Positions 36,354-49,017 are shown, counted from the first letter of the whole stretch. The stretch: 61,792 bases of DNA, filler included, from Asterionella formosa (GCA_002256025.1; 23 parts of 23 records of this genome joined end to end with filler, not necessarily neighbours in it); one strand, 5' to 3'. Program-made: numbers and translations. Notes: a model not told the origin generated them from the letters alone.

Positions 36354-37504
36354 TATCTGATGTTGGTGGCAAGTTTTTGCTCCGATCATGCATGTGATGA
36401 TGCTTAACGGATATTCTACCTGTAGTCATCTAGCCTACATACGTACATGGTACTAAAAAAACCATGCATGGTTTAAGCTAAACTTTAACGCTTACTTTGA
36501 ACACGTTATAATATTATCGCTGTAGACTCGGTATTATTTTTACGAGACCTGAAATGTTGAATTATATCGTTCACCTATTCATTGATTTCACGTACCGTAT
36601 GCCCGATTTCGTCCTCACAAATATAGTTCTCACTCTATCCTGCCTGCCATTGCTCAATTCGGGCTTGCAACAGGAACTTTCGACTTTCTTATGAGCCCAT
36701 CGTCTGCTGTGTGTTACGCTTGTTAAAGCGGATCGGTGAGTACAACAATGAAACACTGAATGTGATCATAGATACAAAATTGTCGAACAAGTTCCGATTT
36801 GATTGCTTCCATGGTCCGTTTTGATCGTGTGTTTTACGCTTGTTGTACCATCTTCATGCATATTACCGTTATTCTGGTTGTCATGCTAAAATCGGCAATT
36901 TTAATATCGAAAAATTCGATGTGCCCCATATTGCCCATAAATAAAAATTACTTAGGCAAATACTTTGAAGTACCCGAATGGCGAGACGATATCTGGAGCG
37001 GGAATTGCTTGTTGGTGAGACGTAAGGCAATGAAAACGAGGACATAAGTGCAGATGAGCACTTTACTAAGTAGACGAGCCATGCGTCACATCTAAGTCCC
37101 ACCCACCCGGTCAGAACAGTGCGAACTAATCATTCCCTCACCGGGGTACCGGTACCGGTACTTGGAACACAAATACAGGTAGTAAGTCACACTTTGCAAC
37201 TAAGGTACACTTATTACAAAAATATACGAGAATATTTTGTTCTACGCAGCATGAGTACTAAAAATTCAATGCTGTGCATGTCTGACCACTTTGACGCAGT
37301 CAATGATGAATGAGGCGGGACCAGGGAATCTTGATTCCTTCAGGAGGATCGGTCTGTCTGACAACTTCGACTAATGCATCCAGGTATTTTCTCGCCCAAA
37401 ATTAGCAATGCTACTTACTGTGGACCTTTACTTCACCCAGTCCTCTGCTGTTGTTGTCTAGCTGTTAGAGCCTTGACCTACAGGTATCCTTCAGTCAACT
37501 CAAG

Positions 37505-37644
37505 ATGGCGAGAATCAAATCATTGACGAAGAAGAAACCAAAGAACGTCAGCATCACGTTGATTCTAGTGATTTTTATTTCCCTGTGCTTTGCCATGCTT
37601 GCCACTGCCATCTATATGCTTCATGCACAGATGTCCACTCATGA
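37505..37644 (+). CDS. 5' end of a type II membrane protein
   Basis: Basic N-terminus followed by a hydrophobic helix (ITLILVIFISLCFAMLATAIYML). Runs into the linker. Confidence 0.5.
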
Positions 37645-37744
37645 NNNNNNNNNNNNNNNNNNNNNNNNNNNNNNNNNNNNNNNNNNNNTTAATTAATTAA
37701 NNNNNNNNNNNNNNNNNNNNNNNNNNNNNNNNNNNNNNNNNNNN

Positions 37745-39700
37745 AGTCCAATCTCTGTGGGAAGTGTGCCAGTGAAAGTATTGAAAGACAAATCTTGATT
37801 ATTGAGACTTGTCAAGAAACCAATCTCTGTGGGAAGTGTGCCAGTGAAAGTATTGAAATACAAACTTAGATCAGTGAGACTTGTCAAGAGTCCAATCTCT
37901 TTGGGAAGTGTGCCATTGAAAGTATTGGAATACAAATCTAGATAATTGAGACTTGTCAAGAATCCAATCTCTGTGGGAAGTGTGCCAGTGAAAGTATTGG
38001 AATACAAGCCTAGATCAGTGAGACTTGTCAAGAGTCCAATCTCTGTGGGTAGTGTGACAGTAAAAGTATTGGAATACAAATATAGATAATTGAGACTTGT
38101 CAACTTCCAAGTTTCTGTTGGAAGTGTTCCAGTGAATTTATTGTTGGAAAAAGATAGAGAAAAGAAATTTTATCAAGAATCCAAACTCGGTGGGGAGTTT
38201 ACCAGTTAATCGATTAGGACCCAATGATAAGAATGTTAAGCTTGACAAGAGTCCTAGCTCAGTTGGAATTTTTTCAGTTAGATCATTTCCATTTCGAATT
38301 TGGTGACCTCCATGTCCAAAGTTCAAATGTCCTGTAATCATTAAGTTTTTACAAAATATGAAAAAACAATGATTTGCTGGATTCTTTTGCCGCAATTTTT
38401 ACTCTTCAATTTTTTCATTTACTTACGTAGTTTTGTCAACTGAGGCCAATTTGAACTGATATTTCCAGATAATAAAACATTGTCGCCAAAGTCCATAACA
38501 ACTGTGTCACAACAAAATTTTGTTAGTATTTAATCACACTTTTCTATCACAATTGTTATTGCCTGTACTTACAAAGATTGGTCATATTTCCAAAAATGGA
38601 TGGTAATTCTTCAATGAAGTTAGCTGAGCAGTTTAAGTTGTATCAGAAATTAAAAATCATCAAAACCTTTATTATCATTTTTTTGGTCACTCACCTATGT
38701 TTTGAAAGATGACTGAAGCTCAAAGGTAAGTTAAAAATTGTATTGTTGCTCAAGTCAATGTGATCTGATTTAAATGACAAAGGCGAAATCAAATAGTTAG
38801 ATTGCATAATTTTTTTAAAGCAAAACATTTTTATCGCAATGCACTTACTCATTCTTTCACTTAGAACTGCTAATTCTGGAGGAATGGATCCAACAAGACC
38901 TTCACCACTGAGTTGCAGTGATGTTATAAATGTTCCGTTGCAACCAATTCCTTTCCAATCACAAAAGTTGTAGTCGCCATATTCATTTGGTTCTAGCCAT
39001 TTTTCATAAGTATCTGATTGAGACAGAGTACTAAGCCACGTTTTTCCAACTGCTTCAAAATAGATTACCGCCAAAACATAGTGTTGGAGCAAGTTGAAAT
39101 CAATTTCAGGGCTTTGCTGTGGTATTAGCTTCTCTTCTAACCATGACATGGCCCTATATTGAGATGTGCCAGCAGTTTCAAGTGCTGCACCATCATCAAA
39201 TGAATTGTCATCCAAGTATCCAAACAAATTTGAAGAAGGGCTTTGTGATGGAATATCTGTTGGAGTCATTGTTGGAATATTGCTTGTTGTTGGAGAACCT
39301 GTTGGTGCTAATGTGGGGTTAGGGGTTTGTTCAGGTCTTGTGAGCTGAATGGGAGTTGCAATGATTGTGACTAACAAGCCAATTACCAAGAAAAGCACCA
39401 AGGCCGTCCGCATTTGACGTTTACATTGAGCTTTTTCTTCAGCTTCAATGTCAACAACAGAGGCTCTTGCAAGTTCTGGATCAACCACTATCTCAGCATT
39501 GAATAGTGTTGTATGTTCCAGCTGGCCATTGTTGGTGTCAATAGCAACATTCTCATTTACATAAGAATTGTTCTGTGAAGATGTCACTAATCCCTGTACA
39601 GGAAATGCACCAGGAAGTGTCTGCTGTGGTGGTGGTGGTATTGCCACAACTTCTTGAGCCGGAACTATTGATGAGATATGGACCACTATTATGTCATCAG
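37745..39700 (-). pseudogene. Type II membrane LRR receptor-like gene, multi-exon, probably inactivated
   Basis: PGAF motif, TM helix, PTxxP stalk, N-cap, several single-LRR exons, then a 72-bp tandem array. No ATG, one degenerate acceptor (~38640) and a frameshift (~38150). Confidence 0.75.
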
Positions 39701-40041
39701 TACTTAGAAATCTTGAGGAACTGATCCATTGAATGCATCTAGATAATTGAGACTTGTCAAGAGTCCAATCTCTGTGGGAAGTGTGCCATTGAAAGTATTG
39801 TCAGACAACATTTACATGTCACAGCCCGGATTTTTTCACCTACACCCTACACGGTGATGATTGTTACCACTGCTGATTTGTCAATAACTTCATCAATATT
39901 GGAGAAATCAATACCTAAGAACCACTCATCTCATTGGAAGATAGTACCGAATAAGATGGTATTCCGTTGATTCATAATGGATCAATGCTTCTAATCATTT
40001 ACATGTCACAGCCAGGATTTTTTCACCTACACCCTACACGG

Positions 40042-40330
40042 CATCTAAGACGCGAAATACGCCACTTTTCGAAATTTCGTCTACGTATGAGGGTTAATAA
40101 TGTGGTACTTCACATGCAATTATGCCACTCTTCACGTAAAAAAGATTACTTTTAACGGTTTCATGTGAAGTTTTAACTGCTTCATGTGAGTTTTCACAAT
40201 GACTTTTGAACGCGAGACTGAATTAGTTGATGTTTCAAATAATTCATTTGACTTTTCGAAATTTCGTTTACGTACGAGTGTTAATTATGTGGTACTTCAC
40301 ATGCATTAATGCCACTCTTCACGTAAAAAG
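40042..40330 (+). mobile_element. CATCTAAG repeat family copy
   Basis: Near-identical to 23633-23920. Confidence 0.85.
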
Positions 40331-40430
40331 NNNNNNNNNNNNNNNNNNNNNNNNNNNNNNNNNNNNNNNNNNNNTTAATTAATTAANNNNNNNNNNNNNN
40401 NNNNNNNNNNNNNNNNNNNNNNNNNNNNNN

Positions 40431-43016
40431 ACATTATGTATAGGACAGCGCAATGGGTCAAGAATCAGACAGCTGAAGTCTATCGAGATGCTTTGATTCA
40501 AGTATTCCGTGTTTATAATACCGGAGGATTTAAAATTACAACAATCCACTGTGACAATGAGTTTCGACCTTTGATGGAACAATTTTCCAATGAATTTCAA
40601 GTCACTATGAACTACGCAAACCCACAAGAACATGTTCCCGAAGCGGAGCAAAATAATCGAGTGATTAAAGGACGCGTGCGCGCAGCTTGTCATCGATTAC
40701 CTTTCAAACATTTGCCGCGACTGATGATTAAGATTCTAGTGACAGAATCTGCAAGGAAACTGAATTTCTTTCTGGCAAAGAATGGGATATCCCCGTATTA
40801 CAGTCCTCATATGATTTTACATCAACGAAACCTGGACTATCATGCTCGACATTGCCAGTATACATTTGGCACTTATGTCCAAGCACATGAAGAACCTGTG
40901 TTTTCAAACACAGGTTCACCTCGCAGCCTAGATTGCATTTTTCTACGCTACAATGACAATGTGCAAGGAGGTCATGAATTGTTACACCTACCTACAAATT
41001 CATTGATCACTAGACGAACAATTACTCCTCTACCACTTACCCCAGCAATCATGAATCAAGTACACGCCCTTGCTGTGCAGGAAAATATGCCAGATGGTCT
41101 CAAGATAGCAAATCGAACGGGGCAACTATTTTATGATAGTGCTTGGATTGCAGGAGTGGATTATGATAATGAAGCATTTGAAGATGCACAAGATGAAGAT
41201 TATGAAGATCAAGATGCTAGTGACAACGAAAGCAATGATGAAATTCTCGGAGAAGAAGACTATGATGAAATGACTCCGGATGAAATATATGAAGCAGAAC
41301 AGCTCGAATTAAACGACAATACTCAAGAGGATGACCCTGAACCTGACGAGGGCAACAATGAGAATAATATCGAAATGAATGCAGATGATATCCAAGATGA
41401 GGATGAAGAGCCAGCAAATGAAACTGAAAATGAAGAGGCAATGTTAGAAGTCAATCCAAGCACTCAGGATGACTCAGACCCAAATGTTAGAACTACAAGG
41501 TCTGGAAGAGTCTCAAGACCACCATCAAAACTAACTATGGTCCAAAATCATTTGCATACCCAAGCACACTGTCGAGAAGAATACACAACTGATAATGCGA
41601 AAGTGATCGCAAAGACAATGTGTTATATGAATGAGATGTGTATCGATAAAGAAGCATTTCACTTTGTTCAGTCATACAGCTTAAAGAAAGGCCTCAAGAA
41701 ATTTGGCCAGAAAGGAAGAGACGCTGCTTATAAGGAAATGAAACAACTACATGATAGAGTTGTGTTTGAACCGATTAGGATTGAAGACCTAACCGATATT
41801 GGAAAACGACGTGCAATGGAAAGTCTAATTTTTTTGGTTGAAAAGAGAGACAAGAGCATTAAAGGCAGAGCATGTGCCAATGGCAGTTCGCAACGTGAAT
41901 ACATGGAAAGAGATGAAGCAGCTAGTCCAACTACCATGACTGAATCTGTTATGATAACAGCAACAATTGATGCGAAGCAAAATCGCGATGTTATGACTGC
42001 AGATATACCCAATGCATTTGTGCAAGTGGATATCGATGAGAAAGAAAAAGGGGAGCAAATCATTATGAAGATTAGAGGTTTACTTGCCAATATGTTGACA
42101 GAACTCAGCCCCGAGACTTATGAAAAATATGTTGTTTATGAAGGGAACAACAAGGTCCTATATGTTAGGATGATCAAGGCATTATATGGCATGTTACAGT
42201 CATCATTATTATATTACAAGAAATTTCGGAAGGATATTGAGTCAATTGGATTCAAGGTAAACCCATATGATCCATGTGTTGCAAATCGCATTGTTAATGG
42301 CAAACAGCACACAGTTACTTGGCACGTAGACGATTTGAAATCAAGTCACGTGGACAGGAAAGTGAATGATCAATTTTTGGAATGGCTCAAACAGAAATAC
42401 GCTTCTGACGAAATTGGTGAAGTCAAGGTCATGCGTGGAAAGAAGCATGATTATTTGACTATGACGCTAGATTACTCTATTCCAGGAGTGTTAAGGGTGG
42501 ACATGACCAAATATGTCAAATCAATGATTGATGATTTTCCAGTGAAACTTGAAGGTGTTGGAAAATTTCCTTGGACAGATAAATTGTTCACAGTTGATAC
42601 AAAATCAAAGAAGCTTGAATATGAAAAAGCAAAAATATTTCATACTTTTGTTATGAAAGGAATGTTCCTATGTAAGCGAGGAAGACAGGACATTCAACCA
42701 GGAATTGCATTTCTGGCAACCCGAACTATCGAACCGAATGAAGGCGATTGGGCAAAATTAGTCAAGATCATGAATTTCTTGAAAGCAACTCAGAACGAGG
42801 TTGCATCTATGAGTGCTGATGACACTCAGAGCATTAAATGGTACGTTGATGCGGCGTTTGCAGTGCACAAAGATTTTAAAAGTCACACTGGAGCTACAAT
42901 GTCACTTGGAAACGGAATTATTTGTTCTATGTCCACGAAACAGAAAGTGAACACTAGAAGTTCGACTGAAGCAGAATTGGTTGGTGTCGATGACATCATA
43001 TCAAAGGTGTTGTGGA
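40431..43016 (+). mobile_element. Ty1/copia (CoDi-like) LTR retrotransposon pol: integrase, RT, RNase H; uninterrupted
   Basis: Integrase IHCDNEF and EHVPEAE; RT ADIPNAF, KALYGMLQS, TWHVDD; RNase H WYVDAAFA, RSSTEAE. Domain order is INT-RT-RH. Confidence 0.96.
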
Positions 43017-43116
43017 NNNNNNNNNNNNNNNNNNNNNNNNNNNNNNNNNNNNNNNNNNNNTTAATTAATTAANNNNNNNNNNNNNNNNNNNNNNNNNNNN
43101 NNNNNNNNNNNNNNNN

Positions 43117-43195
43117 GCACTATTGCTGGAGGCGTGGATGAAACAACTTTCAGACAGTGGTCTTGGATTCTAGTTGAGGCCCTTTCGGAATTGCA
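43117..43195 (+). mobile_element. Short PIF/Harbinger-like transposase fragment abutting the ARM gene
   Basis: Translates to AGGVDETTFRQWSWILVEALSEL, resembling the HTH region of DDE_Tnp_4-type transposases. The match is short. Confidence 0.4.
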
Positions 43196-45701
43196 CTATT
43201 GCAGACAGCATCGTAATGATCCATCCTGCTTCAGCAATAAACACCCTGTTGCTATCATTCTTAGCCAATCTCGAAAGTGCTCCACAACCATACTCTTGCA
43301 CATTAGCATTGTCTAAATGAAACTCCATCGCAGACAGAATCTTAATGATCCCTCCTTTTGCAGCGATCGTCACCTTGTTCCTGTCATTATTCAAAGCCAA
43401 TTTCTGAAGTGCTGCACAACCAGACTCTTGCACATTAGCATTGTTAAAATGATTATTCATTGCAGAAAGAATCGTAGTGATACCTCCTTCTGCAGCAATC
43501 GTCACCCTGTTGCTATCATTCTCAGCCAAGCTCTGAAGTGCTGCACAACCAGACTCTTGCACATAAGCATAGTCTAAATGAAACTCCATCGCAGACAGAA
43601 TCGCAGTGATACCTCCTACTGCAGCAATCGTCACCTTGTTCTTGTCATTATTCAAAGCCAAGTTCATAAGTGCTGCACAACCAGACTCTTGCACATTAGC
43701 ATTGGTAGAATGATTATTCATTGCAGAAAGAATCGAAGTGATACCTCCTTCTTCAGCAATTGTCACCCTGTTGCTATCATTCTCAGCCAAGCTCGAAAGT
43801 GCTCCACAACCATTCTCTTGCACATTTGCATTGTCTAAATGAATATTCATCGGAAAAAGAATCGCAGTGATACCTCCTATTGCAGCAATCGTCACCTTAT
43901 TCTTGTCATTATTCAAAGCCAAGTTCATAAGTGCTCCACAACCAAACTCTTGCATTTTAGCATTGAAAGTAAGAGTCTTCATCGCAGAAGCCAAGTTCAT
44001 AAGTGCTCCACAACCAGACTCTTGCATTTTAGCATTGAAAGTAAGAGTCTTCATCGCAGACAGAATCGTAGTGATACCTCCTGCTTCAGCAATCGTCACT
44101 TTGTTCTTGTTATTATTCAAAGCCAAGTTCATAAGTGCTCCACAACCAAACTCTTTCACATTAGCATTGGAAGAATAAATATTCATTGCAGACAGAATGG
44201 TAGTGATACCTCCTGCTTTATTAATCCACCCCCTGTTGTTGTCATTCAAAGCCAAGTTCCCAATTGTTGCACAACCATAGAGCTGCACTTTATCATTGAC
44301 CAAATGATTCTTCATCGCAGATACAATCGTAGGGATACCTCCTGTTCCTGCAATAAACACCCTGTTGCTATCATTCTCAGCCAAGCTCGAGAGTGCTCGA
44401 CAACCATACTCTTGCAAATTAGCATTGTCTAAATGAAACTTCATCGCAGACAGAATCGTAGTGATACCTCCTTCTTCAGCAATCGTCACCTTGTTCTTGT
44501 CATTATTCAAAGCCAATTTCTGAAGTGCTACACAACCAGACTCTTGCACATTAGCATTATCATTCGTAGAATGAATATTCATTGCAGACAAAATCGTAGT
44601 GATACCTCCTTCTACAGCAATCGTCACCCTGTTGCTATCATTCTCAGCCAAGCTCGAAAGTGCTCCACAACCATACTCTTGCACATTAGCATTGGTAGAA
44701 TGCATATTCATTGCAGACAGAATCATAGTGATACCTTCTGTTGCAGCAATCGTCACCTTGTTGTAGTCACTAACAACAGCCAAGTTCATAAGTGCTCCAC
44801 AACCATACTCTTGTACATTAGAATTGTCTAAATTAAACTTCATTGCGGACAGAATCGTAGTGATACCTCCTTCTGCAGCAATAGTCACCTTGTTTTTATT
44901 ATTACGCGCCAAGGTCCAAAGTTCTGCACAACCATAGAGTTGCACTTTATCATTGCTTAAATGATTCTTCATCGCAGATACAATCGTAGTGATACCTCCT
45001 TGTGCAGCAATTGTCACCTTGTTCTTGTCATTATTCAAAGCCAAGTTCATAAGTGCTGCACAACCATACTCTTGCAGATTAGCATTAGTAGAATGCATAT
45101 TCATTGCAGACAGAATCGTAGTGATACCTCCTTCTTCGGCAATCATCACCTTGTTCTTGTCATTATTCAAAACCAATTTCTGAAGTGCTGCACAACCAGA
45201 CTCTTGCACATTAGCATTAGTAGAATGATTTTTCATTGCAGACAGAATCGTAGTGATACCTTCTTCTGCTGCAATCGTCACCCTGTTGCTATCGTTCTCA
45301 GCCAAGCTCGAAAGTGCTCCACAACCATACTCTTGCACATTACCATTGGAAGAATAAATATTCATTGCAGACAGAATCGCAGTGATACCTTCTTTTGCAG
45401 CAATCGTCACCTTGTTGTAGTCACTAACAACAGCCAAGTTCATAAGTGCTGCACAACCACGTTCTTGCACATTAGTATCGGATTCATCAGTCTTCATCGC
45501 AGACAGAATCTTAGTAATACGTCCTGGGTTAGCATTTGTCAAGTGGACAGAGATAAATGTGACTTGCTTTTCATAATTTGCCAAATGAATAAGCACATGC
45601 TTTTTGAGCGCAAACTGCCAAGAGCTGGATTTCAGCGCTTCCTTGTCAAACTCTTCCAAGCAATGGCACATCTTACCATTACGTTCCAGAGCTTCAACAA
45701 A
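43170..45701 (-). CDS. Armadillo-repeat (aardvark-like) protein with a long near-identical tandem array; both ends incomplete
   Basis: About 18 repeats of 42-43 aa, GITTILSAM....NANVQEYGCGAL.NLA....NKVTIA. Confidence 0.92.
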   Translation of the reverse strand, partial: FVEALERNGKMCHCLEEFDKEALKSSSWQFALKKHVLIHLANYEKQVTFISVHLTNANPGRITKILSAMKTDESDTNVQERGCAALMNLAVVSDYNKVTIAAKEGITAILSAMNIYSSNGNVQEYGCGALSSLAENDSNRVTIAAEEGITTILSAMKNHSTNANVQESGCAALQKLVLNNDKNKVMIAEEGGITTILSAMNMHSTNANLQEYGCAALMNLALNNDKNKVTIAAQGGITTIVSAMKNHLSNDKVQLYGCAELWTLARNNKNKVTIAAEGGITTILSAMKFNLDNSNVQEYGCGALMNLAVVSDYNKVTIAATEGITMILSAMNMHSTNANVQEYGCGALSSLAENDSNRVTIAVEGGITTILSAMNIHSTNDNANVQESGCVALQKLALNNDKNKVTIAEEGGITTILSAMKFHLDNANLQEYGCRALSSLAENDSNRVFIAGTGGIPTIVSAMKNHLVNDKVQLYGCATIGNLALNDNNRGWINKAGGITTILSAMNIYSSNANVKEFGCGALMNLALNNNKNKVTIAEAGGITTILSAMKTLTFNAKMQESGCGALMNLASAMKTLTFNAKMQEFGCGALMNLALNNDKNKVTIAAIGGITAILFPMNIHLDNANVQENGCGALSSLAENDSNRVTIAEEGGITSILSAMNNHSTNANVQESGCAALMNLALNNDKNKVTIAAVGGITAILSAMEFHLDYAYVQESGCAALQSLAENDSNRVTIAAEGGITTILSAMNNHFNNANVQESGCAALQKLALNNDRNKVTIAAKGGIIKILSAMEFHLDNANVQEYGCGALSRLAKNDSNRVFIAEAGWIITMLSAIVQFRKGLN

Positions 45702-46491
45702 NNNNNNNNNNNNNNNNNNNNNNNNNNNNNNNNNNNNNNNNNNNNTTAATTAATTAANNNNNNNNNNNNNNNNNNNNNNNNNNNNNNNNNNNNNNNNNNN
45801 NGGTGTGCAAACCAGTAGTACCTGGTAGTAAAGTGCTGCTCCAGCAGTATGGTGCTGCCGTCATTGACAGGGCAGAACCGATTTAGCGCTACTGTTGGTA
45901 ATATACCAGCATTGCTCCTAGTAGCTACTACTAGTATACAAATGACCAGTATACTGACTGGTACCTCGTACTAATGTATATATATTCCGGTATAGATATA
46001 GTGGATCATATCTTTCGAACCACGCAACTTGATGACGATCTGTTAGCCGTGCACCTTCTTCATCTTGTCGCAACGCACACGACACATCATTAAAACATGC
46101 ATTATGCCATGATCATATAGCGCTATGTATGTAGAAATTGCTACCAGTACTGTGCGTAAAAGACAGTTCTTATTATAAAAGGGAAAGGTGGCTAAATTTC
46201 TAATTCACTCCAACGTGACCACGGGTGCCAGTACTTACTACATGGTACCTGTGACCGGTTCATGTTAGCTAATCTTCAGCACGCATGATTGGCATGCAGA
46301 AGGCGGAACGCCGTGCAGGTACCGGCAGCCATGATGCAAATTCATCCGTCGTCCATCACTACTTGTCGCTGCATTTCTGTTTGCACAGGCCCCGCTAGGT
46401 AATACCAATACATACCGGTAGTCCGTTGTGCACAGCCCACGGAGGTGGATGGGCCCTAGTCATAGACCTTGCCCAAGCTTCAGTTAATGTC

Positions 46492-48206
46492 ATGAAGAGC
46501 ATTTCTTCGCTCAATGTTTACAAGAAGGTTGCAATTGTAAGACGAGCTAGTGACAGTTTGAGCTACGAAGACATCGATGGAACAATCAAAACAATTTCAG
46601 ACCTCGGTGAAGCTGCAGCCACATCGGTAAGATCATGACAGCACCTAGTTTCGCCGATCGGATGTATAAATCAATTCATCGCAACTCACATTTCAACCTC
46701 TCATAGACACCATCTCTTCTTGCACCAAGGCCGAAATTAGAAATTCCAGTTCCACGCATCGATGAAGTGGAAGGGTACGACGAGTTTGTGTCTCCAACCT
46801 TTGCTATACCCACTTCCTATGTGCGCTATCGTCGGCGAACTCCTGAGGAAGTCGAGTCCGGCTTGGAGTACACCGCAGACGCCGAAGACGAAGTGTGGAT
46901 TCTCAACAATGCCAAGTTTGGAGGGAACGCCAAGGGCAAGGGAGTCAGCGACGATGGGCACGTACGACCTCAGCTTCCGCTTAGCATGATGGAGCGCATG
47001 ATGGACACCATGGAAAAGGCAACCGGATTTGAGACGATTATTACTGTCAACCAAGCAGAGATATTGGTTCTCAAGAGAATGCCATCGCTGATGCACATGT
47101 TCCCGTCCAAGGCTAGAGCTGGTGTTGTCACTCTCAAACATGTGATTCAAGACATCTACTCGTACTGGGTCCAGAAGCGATCCAAACTCAAGAGACCTTT
47201 GATACGAAGATTTTGGCCAGTTACGGCTTGTGATGATACGAATCCGCATTTGGTCTTTCGGCCCAGGGAAAAGGAGAAGTACAAGCTTCGAAAGAAGCGA
47301 CAAAACGACATGGACGCATATCGCAAGATGAAGACACTTCGGAATGATTTTGACAGGGTGCGGACTTTGTTGGAACTCGTAAAACGACGAGAGCTGTTGA
47401 ATCGCACAATGATTCGAATGCAGGCTGACTGGCTCGATCAACGAATTTACGATCTCGTGGACACTAGCGGCCTTCCACGAGTGAGTGAGCGTGTAACGAA
47501 GGACGATATTGAATACTCGATGGACATACCAACACACTTCGAAATCGGGGCCATGGGGACCATGGTGGCAAAAAAGAAGAAGCGCCGACGTGGAGGGGAA
47601 TCTGGGAGGACATCACCAATGCCGGGTGTCATGGACTCAGGCCTTGACGACAGCCGAGTAAACTCGAATGCTCCCCCTGTCAACGTTGCTGGGAAAAATG
47701 GAGGAGAACCAGCGCCAAACTTTCTTGATCCTTTGACAACACGAGAACGTTACGCTACATCTTGGGATAATGCTGTTCCTCATATTACAACGTGGGTAGA
47801 CAGCCGACCATTGCCAACCTTTCGATTTCGTCACCGACCGCGTGTAGGCCGAGGAGGACGATTGGTGATTGATCGAATACCACACCAACCGTTTCCAGAG
47901 ATTAATCCAATGACTACCTATACGGCTGGTTTTGGAATGAAACATTCTCTGAAACCAAAGGAGCGACTACTTGATCTGCTTCCCGAACCTGTGGATCATA
48001 TTTGTGTCAGCAGAAAGATTGAGGAAGTTTGCGCAATGGCAATCAAGGAAGATCATGACGCTGCTATCGCCGCCATAAACGGTCAAACTGCCAGTGCTGA
48101 TCTTGAGGGAAATGACTGTGACGAAGTGCTTGTCAAGGTAGATGATTGGCTCAACACAGACGACCAACTTTGGGGTGAGGAACGCTATGCCATTGGGCCA
48201 ATCTAG
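46492..48206 (+). CDS. EPC1: Enhancer of Polycomb-like (EPC/Epl1) NuA4 subunit; intron 46627-46706
   Basis: Splicing restores LEIPVPRI. Further motifs EYTADAEDEVW, YSYWVQKR..LKRPLIR, DTNPHLVFRPRE, RVGRGGRLVIDR. Confidence 0.9.
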
Positions 48207-49017
48207 TTTACTGTTGCCCACAATCGGCTTCAATTGACCAGACAAATCAAAATAAATCAAAGAAGTTTTACAGCTTGTTTATCCCTATTTTTACTTATTC
48301 TCATTTTCTTCCCTTCCTTTCCTCGAGTGCCTCTGAATGGAATGTTACAAAAATCTTCCATTGGGTACTCTTCTTTTTATTTATCNNNNNNNNNNNNNNN
48401 NNNNNNNNNNNNNNNNNNNNNNNNNNNNNTTAATTAATTAANNNNNNNNNNNNNNNNNNNNNNNNNNNNNNNNNNNNNNNNNNNNGCTTCACAAAAATCC
48501 ATGTACAGGTGATTGATGTAATATACCCGGTAGCAGGGAACAACAGCCTGTTAGAGTCCAGAGTTCATTTGGTGGTGGGTTACCTTTATAAAGCATCATC
48601 TGGCCCATCATTAGATATTCAACGAGTGCATATGATGAGCAAGCGAGTTCAAGCAAAATACCGGTATTATTCTGTTTCCACCTCCTACTAGAGGATCAGA
48701 CTGCAGACCAGCCATTTCTAGTTATCCATTCATCAATACTCCAGAATACCTGGTATGGTACTTTTCTTTATGTATGGAGCCAAGCTACCAGGTACCGGCA
48801 CTGGTACCTGGTACCCTGCCTGGTACCAGTAGTTTCTTCGTCTATGGAAGGGTTTACAGGCATAGGTACCTGGTGGCATGGTAGTCTACCGGCACCTGGT
48901 CCGGAGTAAAATACCGGTATACAAGTCCATATACCGGTAACCATGAAACGAAGAATATAGAACAATATGCCTACCTTTACACTACTGGTAAGCAAATTAG
49001 GTAAAATACACCGCCAA

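Noticed and set aside
43317..45749. Series of plus-strand His/Arg-rich ORFs
   Set aside because: They are antisense shadows of the ARM array.
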